Assembly: GCF_016433145.1 (NCBI RefSeq) | Contig: NC_058133.1 | Span: forward strand, 520,915,806-520,979,805 | Direction: 5' to 3' | Length of the DNA: 64,000 nucleotides | Origin: Gracilinanus agilis | Lineage: Eukaryota | Shown here: positions 10,538-22,116 of the stretch, piece after piece | How the letters are laid out: each line of letters begins with the position of its first letter | How positions within the stretch are numbered: position 1 is the first letter of the stretch | Made by a program: the position numbers and the translations under genes | The notes under the pieces: model-generated | The model's input: the letters and a program-made list of their open reading frames with translations, nothing else | Databases searched by the model: none | What the model was told of the DNA's origin: nothing

Positions 10538-12290
10538 ATGATATTCAACAACATAAACCTAGGGAATGTGACCTAGGTTTTTACAAGAAAGATTCCTGGG
10601 TATATTAGGGATAGCTCAGTCCCACAGCCAATACTAAACATACTTTGTCTTACACTATTTGATATTTTAAAATTGACACCATTGGGGAGCTGTGGAATAC
10701 TCTTCATTTTCATGATTACGGTGTTCATTTATTACATCCTAAATCTAAAAGCACTCCAGAGAAAGAAACAACAAAAAGAAAAGCAATTTGACATGCGCTT
10801 CGAATATCTAGAAAACATAATGAAGCAAGGAAAATTAATGGAGCAATATTTTCGAGAAACAAAATTAGAGAGGGAAACCAAGGAACTGAATAACAATATT
10901 GGAGGTTTTTTCCCACTACTAGAGGTCCCAGTACTAACCCCAGGGTACCAATTCATAAATGTTAGACATCATAAAGGATTTACACAAACACTTATATAGA
11001 TAGCTTTAAGAAGGGAACTCCTTCATTTGAGGAAGAACCTGTGGCAGTTACCGAACAATTTTTTTTTTTAAACCCTTGTACTTCGGTGTATTGTCTTATA
11101 GATGGAAGATTGGTAAGGGTGGGCAATGGGGGTCAAGTGACTTGCCCAGGGTCACACAGCTGGGAAGTGGCTGAGGCTGGGTTTGAACCTAGGACCTCCT
11201 GTCTCTAGGCCTGACTCTCACTCCACTGAGCTATCCAGCTGCCCCCAGTTACCGAACAATTTGAGAAAATAGTTAAGCAATTTGATTCTGATTATCTCGA
11301 TTTTGAAATTTTACTAGATGAATTATTGGCAAAGAGGGAGAAAGAAAAAATTGTTAGAGAAACTAGTGAATGGCCACTTGTAAATCCAAAATGAAAAATT
11401 AATTCTGAAGGAGGTTATGAACAACTGGTTAAAGCGAGGCAGGCAGTGATTAAAACAATGAGAGTGCTCTGATAGGCAAGGTAACTGGACTAAATTTGAG
11501 CAGGTGAGACAGGACAGTGGGAAGATACCTTCAGCTTTTATGGATAGGCTTATAGACCTAGGGGAAAGGTACATTGGACTTGACGTCTCCAAAGCATGTG
11601 ATGTGAGGCACTAACATAGACAATTTGTTAAAAATACGTGTGTGGTGGTGAGAAATTACTTTAAACAACAATGCCCTGATTGAAATGAAATGGAATTAGA
11701 TGAATTGAAATGTATAGCAAAATACATTTAAAATGCTGATAAGGACAAACATGAAGAAAAGAATAATGAGTTAGTTGAAGAACTGAGACAAGAGAAAAGA
11801 TCTGAAAATAAAACTTAGCAAAGTAGAAAAACAGGGAAAAAAACCAAAACATAGCTACTGTCATAGGCAATACAATGCTCCACAAAGAAATTACAATGAT
11901 CAGGGCCCAAGGTGCTACATGTGTGGCCATAGGGGTCATTTAATGAGAAATTGTAGATCCTGGGAATGAGTTTTCAGGCAAAATGGAGGCTACCTCTCAA
12001 ATAATTTTAGAAACAATGGAAATTTTTATTGGGGAAACTGATACAACTATGGGTTTAGAAATGAAGGCAGGTACAACAACCGAGGCAATGCATACAATGG
12101 ATTTAGGTACAAATATCAAGATATAAGAAATGGCTTTCCAAATGGCTATCCAAATGCATATAATTACCAGGGTGATAACCAGGCTGAGGTAATGCAAACG
12201 TATATAAGGAATGGTGAATGCCCAAAATATTCACAAATTGTCAGTGCTAATACTCAGAAGCAAGAATCCCAGAAAGCTCAATCATAAAAG
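10538..12290 (+). pseudogene. gag: ERV-B gag remnant
   Basis: In-frame ATG at 10538 (one TAG at 10574), hydrophobic helix, FPLLEVP, MHR-like WTKFEQVRQDSGKIPSAFMDRL, knuckle CYMCGHRGHLMRNC at 11913-11954. Confidence 0.87.
11062..11245 (-). mobile_element. Young SINE inserted in ERV-B gag
   Basis: 17-bp TSD cagttaccgaacaattt (11045-11061, 11246-11262). Confidence 0.95.
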
Positions 12291-12469
12291 TTTACTAGGG
12301 GAGGTGGAATTTAGATACTAAAAATGAAAGCTTTGAAATATGGAATTTGGGGATTGAAGCAAATAATCTAAGAGAGTGAAGGACAGTATAACAAATATAG
12401 GTTTCCTGATCCAGAAGTCTTAACACCAGTGGTGCCAGTGGTACTCTTCACTCTCCCCTGAAGAGTACA

Positions 12470-15400
12470 GAATCCCATGTCACATTGAAAATTGGAAATA
12501 GTATTTACAACTGCTTGCTGGACACGGGATCATCTAGATCTGTATTGATAAATTCCCCAGATGAACAGTACTATATGGTGGACTCTATGAAGGTTGTAGA
12601 AATTTCTGGGACACCTTTTGAGGTGAAAAAGCTGCCACTCAGGATGGTTTCTCTGGGTCCACTGAGTGTAGAGCATTCATTTTTATTGATGCCAAACTCC
12701 TCTGTATATCTTTTGGGAAGAAATTTATTGTGAAAATTGACAGCAACAATAGTGTGTACCCTAGCTGGTGATATTTCTCTGTAATTGCCAGAGGAATCAC
12801 TAAATGTGTTCCCAGCATTATTCTTAGAAGATCATGAAATGCAAAAGACATAGATTTATGAAATTCCTACAGATATTCCAGAAGCATTGTGGGCCACATC
12901 ATTTACAGATGTAAGTTTACTAAAATCAGCTTTGCCAGCAAAAATCACAACTAGAGGTGGTCTAGCTCCATCAATAAGACAGTATCCCTTGTCAAAAGAA
13001 GTCATAGAGGGCATAACACCAGTGACAGAGTCCTTGGTAAAGCAAAAGATTATAATCCCTTGCAAGTCTGAGTACAACACGCCAGTCCTGCCAATCAAGA
13101 AGCTTATAAGGCAAATGAGAAAACAGTTTATAGATTTGTGCAAGATCTCAGAGCCATAAACAACGATGTAGTAAAGAGGCATCCAGTAGTCCCCAGTTCA
13201 TCAACAATAATTTCTTCAATACCAAGCAATGCAAGATATTTCACAGTGGTGGACCTATGTTCTACATTCTTTTCTATCCCAATTCACAAAGATTCCCAGA
13301 AGATTTGTGTTTATGTGGAAGGGCTCTCAATATATCTGATATGTCATCTTCCACAAGGGTTCATAGAAAGCCCTATGGTCTTCTCCCAAATTTTAACACA
13401 AGACCTGGCCAAAATAGACTTCCAAGAGAGCACACTTATCCACTTTGTTGATGACTTATTAGCTTCTCCCTTGGTTAAGGCATGTCAAAGGGATAGTAAA
13501 CACCTTCTGCTAGAGTTATTTAAAAGGGAACATAAAATAACAAAAGCAAAAATACAGTAGTGCCTCCCTAAAGTAGAATATCTAAGATTTGTACTAGCAG
13601 AAGGGTCAAGATACATCTCAGAGAAAAGGATTGCAAACATTCAAAAATTAACAGCACCAAGAATAAAGAAGCAGCTAAGAGCCATATTGGGAACAACTGG
13701 GTTCTGTAGGCAGTGAATACCTTGTTATGGAGAGATCACCAAGCCCCTTACAGAACTAACAAGAGATACAGTAACGGAGCAACTGAAACTAAGTGCTGAA
13801 CATCTAGCAGCAATAGCAAAATTGAAACAAGCCATCTTGTCAGCACCTGCATTGGGAATACCAAATTACAATAAGCCTTTTGTGTTGCATGTCCATGAAA
13901 GGAAAGCTGTTGCCTCTGGTGTGCTTGTACAGTCTGGGTCCACTGAAAAGGCCAAAAGCTTTCTATTCAGCTCAGCTAGATCCTATTGCAGCCGAAGCTC
14001 CTCTGTGCCGCAGAGGAGAAGCTATCACTGCTTTGTTAGTCACCAAAGCTGCAGACTTGGTATTAGTATGTCCACTTACAATTATGTGTATGTCCTCATG
14101 AAGTAGAAACATTGCTGCTGAGAAATGGAACCCAAGCTTTCTCAGATCAGTGATTAACTAGATATGAGATCACTCTGCCAGGCAATGACAACATCACATT
14201 AAAGAGATTCATATCCATAATCCTGCCACTCTATTGCCAGATTTGCCACCTAATGGAGAACCTCTACATGACTGAAAAAGTGGTACAAATTGCAGAAAGA
14301 CCTCAGGAAAACTTATCTTGACACACCTTTAGACAATGCTGATCTCATACTTTTCACTGATGGCTCATCTTTCATAAAGGATGGCATACAGCACACCAGA
14401 GCTACTATGGTTACAGAGTTTGAAACAGTTTGGTATACAGCACTCCCATCAAATCTGAGTGTACAAGCAGCTGAGTTGATTGCCCTAAAATAAGCCTGTT
14501 TAATATCAAGGGATAAAGATGCTACAATCTACAAGGACTCTATGCATTTGGCATTTAGCACATCATGAGAAGTCTGGTTACAGTATGGGTTCTTAACATC
14601 TTTAGGAAAGAACCAATGCAAAGATCATTAATGAACTTTTAATTGCTCTGCAATTGCTAAGGAGGTTAGCTGTCGTTCACTGTCCAGTGTATACTGGGAA
14701 TGCTGACTTTGTTGCAAGAGGGAACCATAGAGCAGATGTACAGCAAATCTCTCCTTCATAAGTGAAACAGATTTGGCAAAAGCTTATAATGAAAAAGAAG
14801 TTAAAAAGTGGAGATAAAATTTTAAAGCACAGCAAAAGAACAGTATTTGGATTGCATCTTATGGAAAGCCAATAATACCAAGAGCTTTTTACAGCCAAAT
14901 CTGTCGAGCTATACACAGGAAAGGTCATTTTGGCACACAAACCATAGTGGATAGCTCCAGTATTACAAATATAGCTTGTAAGACCTGTTCATCTTGTCAA
15001 GTATGCCAACAGTACTACCAGTCTGTTTTCAGGCAAAAAGCATTTGGAAGAAGACCATTAGCTTTCACACCTTTTGAGCATTTGCAGATAGACTTCATAT
15101 CGATGCCAAAAGCAGGAAACTAAATACTGCTTAGTTATAGTGGATCAATTGACAAGGTAGCCAGAAGTTTTTCCATCTAATAAGAATACTGCAAATTTTG
15201 TGGCAAAGGTGTTATTAAAAGAAATCATACCCAAATTTGGCCTGCCAGGAAGGATAGATTCTGACCAGGGGACACACTTCACTGATTCAGTATTATAACA
15301 AATATATGAAAAGTTAGGAATAACACCAAAATTTCATGTACCTTATTATCCACAGAGTTCTGGGCAAGTGGAAAGACTGAACAGAGAAATCAAGACCATG

Positions 15401-15860
15401 ATAGGAAAGTTATGCACAGAAACACATTTAAAATGGCCAGAGGCTTTGCCTTTAGCCTTGTTTTACTTAAGAACCAGACCCAGAGGTGACCAGCACATTT
15501 CACCATATGAAATGATATTTGGTCACCCTCCATTATAATCTAAGACTTTCAGCCCTGTGTATAATTCCATGTTAGCAGAGTACATAAGAGTTACAAACAA
15601 GAATCAGAGAGTTGCAAAAATTAGGAACACTAGTGCAAGCAGACCCTATTGATTTCACACTGCATGATATAAACCCTGGTGATACAGTCTATATCAAAAA
15701 CTTTAATAGAAAAGGATGTAGACAGCCTGCTTGGGAAGGGCTATATCAAGCTACACCAAGTGCTGTAAAAATAGGAGAAAAGTCAAGCTGGATTCATTGA
15801 TCTCATGTAAAGAAAATTACAACAGTAGAAAATACTTCAGGAGAAGACGGTAATCTAGAA
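12470..15860 (+). pseudogene. pol: ERV-B pro-pol remnant (PR, RT, RNase H, IN)
   Basis: CLLDTGSSRSVL; IRQYPLSKE...YNTPVLPIKK; HLPQGF; HFVDDLL; LFTDGSSF; HRKGHFG...CSSC; LQIDFISMPK, DSDQGTHFT, PQSSGQVERLNREIK; WEGLYQ...SWIH. Stops and frameshifts throughout. Confidence 0.93.
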
Positions 15861-16059
15861 TGAGATGAAGATCAACACAACAATGGCAGAACTGCAATGG
15901 ACAAGGACAACCACAATGTCAATGGAACAAAGACTACTACCACACAACAATGACAACACAATTGGACAATGGTATTGCTAGACACTATTTCAAGGACATT
16001 GGACAAGGATCACTACAGTCAAGACTGAAGATTGAAGACAGGATTTAAGTTTTGAATCT

Positions 16060-16364
16060 TGTTACAACAGAGGTTTGTAAGCGAAGATATGTGGTAGGTA
16101 TAAAGTTTAGGGTTTAAGAATAATTCTTATTAATATAATACCCAGAATGTTAAACAAGGATATTACAAAATTCTAACTAGCAAATAGTCTAGCTCGTTAA
16201 GCTAGATTTCTTACTCTGCCCTCTTTCTTATTTCTTTACTTCCACTCTTTCCCTCTATTTTATAAATAAACTGCTATAAAAGGCATTTGAGACTTGAGAT
16301 ATTTTAATTTCACAGACCACATTTCTCATTTATTTAAACCAACCTTACTTTTTTAACCCTTACA
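16060..16364 (+). mobile_element. Partial solo LTR nested in the ERV-B 3' region
   Basis: 3' end AATAAA...cccttaca resembles the LTRs at 33918 and 58966. Possible TSD ATCT/TTCT with one mismatch; 5' boundary uncertain. Confidence 0.6.
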
Positions 16365-16840
16365 TTCTGACAGACCATGAAGGTTATGACAGTAGCCCTC
16401 AATTTTCTTGACTTTTCCTTCACTTTGCTACTATCTCAAGTCAGCTTTTCTTTGTAGCTGGTTCTACAACCCACAGCTGCGAAATAAAGGTTAAGTCCAA
16501 ACATTTTTTCTTTTTGTTTTCCTTAAAATAAATAGAACACAGTTGTTTTTATCTTAGGACAACTTTAAAGTATTATTTTTAGGCAGAATTTTGTTTTCTA
16601 TAATAGTATAGGTGGAATAGTGTGTTATTTTGTTATTGCAATTGTTTGCATTTGAATTTTTGTAAATGTAATGTGATTTGCATTTTGCAGAATTTTCCTT
16701 ACTTTCTCTTATTCTTTTTTCTGTCTCTCTCTAGCATAGTAAAATAGTTTAGATTAGTTTTAGAATAAGAAGAGTTAGGTGTTTGCTTCATTTGAGAAAG
16801 TCATGACAGACATTTCAATGAAGCATGGGAGGGGAGTGGA

Positions 16841-17023
16841 TATAAGAGTTATTTAGTTAATTGGATTAATTAGAGAACAAGATTGATCATAAGGTCTCCA
16901 GCCAATTGCCTCAACTACTAATCCAATCATCTCCTCAACTGCCAACAACTGAATATCCATATTAGCTATATTTATCAGTATTTATTCATATCTATAAACA
17001 CTAGGTCAATATTCCCCATAACA
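16841..17023 (+). repeat. ERV-B 3' LTR, internally deleted (183 bp)
   Basis: Equals the first about 60 nt and last about 125 nt of the 5' LTR, joined at CTCCAG. Confidence 0.9.
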
Positions 17024-18248
17024 AAATAAAGGTCGGAGGATCTTTCTGTAGAACAGCCAGGAGGCCAGGGTCACTGGATGGAGATGAAGGTGTAACTAGC
17101 AGAGAAGAGGGGCAGGTTGTGAAGAGCTCTGAAGGCCAAATAGAGCATTTGGTAGTTGCTCCAGGAGAAAGCTATTTTGGTGGCTGAATAGAGGAAATTA
17201 CAGAGGAGGGAAAGACTAGAGGCAAGTGGGCCAGCAATAGGCTACTCCAGTAGCATGAGGTGATGAGGGCCTGTGCCGGGGGTGGCAGTGCCAGAGGAGA
17301 GAAGCTACAGAACTGAAATTGATAGACTTCAGCAACAACCAACACCTATTACCAACCAACAGACACCCCTCAGCCTAAAGGCTGAGAGACTTGAATTCTA
17401 ATTTAGCCTCAGATTCGTATAACTGTGTGACCCCAGAAAAGTCGCTTCTCCCACCTAATTCCAGGGTTGTTCTGAGGATCAGATGAGGTAATGTTTCCCA
17501 AGTGCTTAGCATATCACCTGGTACTACACAAATATTAGCTTCATTATCATCCTCATCACAGATGGATTGGCAAACCATTCTACGTGAAGCAGCAACGTCC
17601 TCTGAGCAAAAGCTGCCTGAGCTAGCTCCAGCCCTTGTCCCCCAGTGCCCCAGGCATGGCAGCACTCAGAATCCCAGCCCAAATTACCAGACCTGCATCC
17701 TTCCAGTGCCATAGCCATCACAAAAAGAAGGACTTTTGTCATTCTGTCTCCATGCATATGTCTTTGTCTCCTTAGCAACCACCACAAAGGACTCTCCCAC
17801 CCACCCAAACTGATGTTCTCAAAACCCCAATCCTTGCCCCTACAGCAATGGGGGGCAGATTTCTCAATGGAAGTGATGTCAGAAGGCATGCTGCCACCCA
17901 TCTAGGGTTGACTAGGCCCAGGGAAATTTCCCACATGCATTGTCTCCTCTACTTAGAAAAGAAGCTCCTTGAAACCAAGGACTTTCAGACCTTTCCCATA
18001 CTATCCTTTATTCAATGCAGGAGCCACCCTTCACTTGGATGCCAAATGAGAGCCTGAGAAGACAAAAACGACCAGAAAGCCTAGAGCTGCCATGACCTCC
18101 ATTCAGGAGCCTGGGCCCTTTCCTATTTTCATACAAATACTACTGAGCAGTTGAGAAGGGGCCACAAAACTGAACTGTAAATGGCCCAAATCCCAACTAG
18201 AATAAATCTACAATGACCTCTTTCACTGCATTCCCCCAAAATACCCAC

Positions 18249-18400
18249 CTTTCATTCTGGGTATGGTCCATGTCAGACCTCAGCAGAGATAGGAGGTTTG
18301 TTCCTTCTTCATGTTCTCGGTGGCGCCGCTCCTGAAGCTTTTTCAGCTCCTCATGACTCTCTGCTACTTCACTATTTAAGGACAAGACTTTTTCCTTCAG
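18249..18400 (-). CDS. PCNT: Pericentrin exon (LKEKVLSLNSEVAESHEEL...NLLSLLRSDMDHTQNER); last PCNT exon in the window
   Basis: 152 nt, phase 0-2. Matches human LKDQVLSLSHEIEEC...ANLLSMLKADVNLSHSER. The following GALQDALRRLL exon was not found at lower coordinates. Confidence 0.95.
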
Positions 18401-18584
18401 CTGTTGGGAAGGAGACCCCAAAAGAAGAGATGAAATGAGGCATCATAGAAATGTACTGCTGTATGTTTCCCTCAGGAAAGATGTTTCCCCAAACACTGCC
18501 CTGAGGCGATCCTATTCCAGGCTCTCTTTCAGCACCACGGTCAGCTGATGAGGGCACTGACCACTGCCTGCCTGCCCCTCCCTC

Positions 18585-18591
18585 CCTCCCT

Positions 18592-18628
<37 letters not shown>
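18585..18628. repeat. (CCCT)n/(CT)n microsatellite
   Basis: Read directly. Confidence 0.9.
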
Positions 18629-18631
<3 letters not shown>

Positions 18632-19663
18632 ACTCCTCACAAACATGGAAGGGAGGACATGATTTGGGGAGTATGAGAACAGCTCTTAGTACTCTAGGAC
18701 TGAGCTGGCTGGAATCACAGACCTCCCATCAGCCATTCCCTGCTTTCACACACCAGAACATTCCTATGCTAGTCCCAGGAAAAATTAATACTCTCTGGAA
18801 GTCCCAAAGGTGGTCAAAGAGCCCTAGATTGAAACCAGGCTTTCTGACTGCAAAGTCACTGTCATCCCTAAGTTGTCTTATATTGTCTTTTGTTTTTAAG
18901 TCATTTTTATATGCAGAGAAAAAAAGAATAAAAGCGTAATCAGAGAAACATTCCCCAACAACTGACCAGTATGCTCTTCTTCTTAGTAAATGAGCTAGCT
19001 ATCTCTATACCTGACCAATAAATGGTGAAAGCCATACTTCAAAATAAACACCATTCCCAGAAAAACTCCAGGGGCTCTCCCAAGTACCACAGCAAAAAAA
19101 GAGCTTCCTGGTTTGGGGCAACTAGGCAGATACTTCCTAGCTGTGTGCAAGTCACCTTACCGCTACTGCCTAGTCCTTATAATAAAGCTCTTCTACCTTG
19201 GAACTATAAAAATGGGTTTTCAAACACATCTGGCATTTGTGCTAAAGGCATTTTCCCTACAGACAGCAGGTCAGATATATTGCTTGCAATTATGGAAAAA
19301 GGAAAGCTGAAAGACAGGACCTTGTTAACAAAGAAGGTTCATCTGGATACTGGACACAGCCAACAATGGGAGACAAAGGAGTGCAATTGCAGAGATCCCA
19401 GACACTTCCCCAGCACACAGCCTCATCTCTACTATTCACAAGCTGGGGTCCCTTGGCAAAACCCCTTTGGCACTTTTGTGTCAGACTCCTTACCACAAAG
19501 CCAAGGGGTGAGATAGAATTTCTCTTAAGGTCCCTGCCAGCTCTAACACTATGAATCTTGATCCCACAATTTCAACTCCATCTCCCTCTCATACCCTCAG
19601 CCCAGCTCTCCAAAGACAACAGCTGCGAGTGAAACCCAGGGATGCAGGTACAAATTCCAAGGG

Positions 19664-19848
19664 ATTTTTTTTTAAACCCTTGTACTTCGGTGTATTGTCT
19701 CATAGGTGGATGATTGGCAAGGATGGGCAATGGGGGTCAAGTGACTTGCCCAGGGTCACACAGCTGGGAAGTGGCTGAGGCCGGGTTTGAACCTAGGACC
19801 TCCTGTCTCTAGGCCTGACTCTCACTCCACTGAGCTACCCAGCTGCCC
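19664..19848 (-). mobile_element. Young SINE, very similar to the copy at 11062
   Basis: TSD ttccaaggg (19655-19663, 19849-19857). Confidence 0.93.
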
Positions 19849-20721
19849 TTCCAAGGGCTTTTTTTAACTATCTCCCAGTGCCCTTTGGAGCAGACACTGC
19901 CATGGAGGGCATCCTTCAAGCCAGAGGGCCTCAGAGACATTCAGTTCAAGATGGACACCTCACATGCTTCAGATGGGCCTATTCTGCTTAACACTTGGAT
20001 TGCTTAGACTCGTGTGACCTGATCCATAGGAGCATTCTCTTGCCTCTACCAGATGGCTAGTCCATGAGCAACCACTCTTATTTCTGTCTTGGACCTATCT
20101 GCCCTATCTTTAGCCTCAGAGGATAGGATCAGCTGATGAGCTAAGCTCCCTGAAGACAGGGACCAAAGTCTCTACCACAGGGGCTGCCACAGGTTTCTGT
20201 CTAAGCAAACACGTATTCAGCTGAGATGTTTCCCACTATCTGAGGATCTTTTAGCAACTCCCCCCTTCACCCTTTGCTCCCCTCTTCAGTCCTGACCCTT
20301 TCACACAGGAACTGATCTCTTCTACCCAAAGTCTTGCAGTCTATACAATTCTTCCTGTCAACTGTGCTTTCTTTCCCTCCTCAGACAAAATCCTTCAAGC
20401 AGGAAGGAGTACAAGGGCCGCTTTCTCAGGCTACTCTTCAGGCTCTCTCTTTTCTAATCCTTCCAGGCCTCAGCTTTATGCTCTCAGCATCCCACTGAAA
20501 TTCATGTTTCCAAAAAGATTTGTCTCCTTCAGGCCTCAATGAATCCTCTGCTGCACTGTCCTATGACAGTGGACCCTGTCAATCATTCTCACCTCCATTG
20601 GGACTCTTTTCCTCTTTGGCCTTTCCTCTGCCCCTAAAGTGGAAACAAAGGTCTCCCAAAGTTCAGTGCTCTGCTGCTCTCTGGCACCAACCAACCACCA
20701 CCACCACCATCACGATCACTA

Positions 20722-20903
20722 CAGAGATGACATACACTAAGAGATGCTGCAGAGCTGGCATTAAGAGATGTCACATAGTTGACACTGACGAGATGCTAGA
20801 GAGGTGAAATCGACAAGAGATGCTGCTGAAGTGACACCAACAAGAGACGCTGATGCTGTAGAGGTGAAATCGACAAAGAGATGCTGCCAAAGTGACACTG
20901 ACA
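20722..20903. repeat. Degenerate minisatellite, unit of about 25 bp (aagagatgctgc..aggtgacac.gac)
   Basis: About 8 recurrences of agagatgct; agaggtgaaatcgacaa occurs twice. Confidence 0.75.
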
Positions 20904-20904
20904 G

Positions 20905-21500
20905 GATCTGGAGGTGAGGCAGGGAGGAATCCAGGAGGACTCCCAGTTTGGGAGTCTGGGTGACAGGGAAGAGGAAAGTTGGGAAGGAGGGAGTCTGGAG
21001 AAGTGAATGAGCTCAGTTTTAAAGATGCTGAATTATAGACAACTCGGAGAAAGCCAGTTCAAGATGTCCAATAAGCAAGTGGAGAGGTGAGTGTGCAGGT
21101 AGGGAAGGAAGTTAAGATTCGCTAAGTAGATCTGAGAATCACTGGCCCAGAGAAGAATGAATTTGTGAGAGCTGATGAGCTCACCAAGGAAAATGACACC
21201 CAAAGCCAAAGAAAAGGGCCCAGGCCAGGATCCTAAGGAAGCCCTTCCGTTAGAGGGTGTGCCTGGAGAATTCAGCAAAGGAGACAGGAATGGTCAGAGA
21301 AGGAGGAGGAGAGCCAGGGAGAGGATACCAAGGAGGAGAGAGTGACCAGTGGGGATGAAGGCGAAGGAGAGGTCGAGGAAGGGGATTGAGAAATGGAAGA
21401 GAATACTGGTCCTTTTGGAGCAATGATGAGACTGGAAGTCAGACGTAGAAGGTAAAGAGGAGAGTGAGAGGGAAGGAAGAGAAGGAGCCTCTTGTAGACG
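20905..21500 (-). mobile_element. L2 LINE fragment
   Basis: Purine-rich sequence typical of the L2 antisense strand (gagctcagttttaaagatgctgaatt...). Confidence 0.6.
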
Positions 21501-22116
21501 GACTCCTCAGAAGCTGATCTGTCAAGAGGAAAAGATGTTCGGGTGAACTCCACACCCCCAGGCTGCCGTGCACAGGCAGGGCTGGATCTTTGTCCCTCTG
21601 GAAGGGTATCTTAAGTAGTTCAGGGGCCTCAAGACTGCCACTGAGGCCACAAGCTATCCCAATCTATCAATCCCAATCCCTGTCTTTTCTTTCTCAGGCA
21701 GATCCCATTTCTGTCCCAGCCTGGCCACCTTTCCAATCACCTGAGTTTAGAATGTGGACGTTACCCCCATCCCCTCACCCGGCTTTGGGTAAGGCCTTCA
21801 TCACCACTCGGCTGGAATGTTTCCATAGCTGTGGGTCCGTGCCTCCCCATCCAGATCACTCCCAAAGAGGTCTTCCTAAAGCCTGGCTGTGACTGGAGGC
21901 ATCAGCCTGTTTCCTTCATTTCAGGGACAAACCCTTCTGGCTCCTGCTCCTTCCTTGTTCTGAAGGACTTCTGCAAGGAGGACGCCTTCCCCAACTTTCA
22001 CTTGCTGGCTGGCGCCTTCCCACCAGACTTCGCCTGAAGGCTTGCCATTGCCCCAGAATGGATTCTAGCACCAGATGCCTTGCCAATCCAACCAGTGCAC
22101 AGTGGTACATGCATAC

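Larger units (their letters stand above)
9509..17023 (+). mobile_element. ERV-B: LTR-gag-pro-pol-LTR provirus without env, class I-like, decayed
   Basis: Matching LTR ends, TSD AAAT (9505-9508, 17024-17027), TGGC PBS-like start at 10466, polypurine tract gggaggggagtgga 16827-16840, full set of gag and pol motifs. Confidence 0.95.

Noticed and set aside
12240-12490. Gag-pro recoding signal (readthrough versus frameshift)
   Set aside because: Too many post-insertion indels and stops in both elements to decide; needs a consensus.
19022-19516. 164-aa plus-strand ORF
   Set aside because: No domain, no splice context, antisense intronic.
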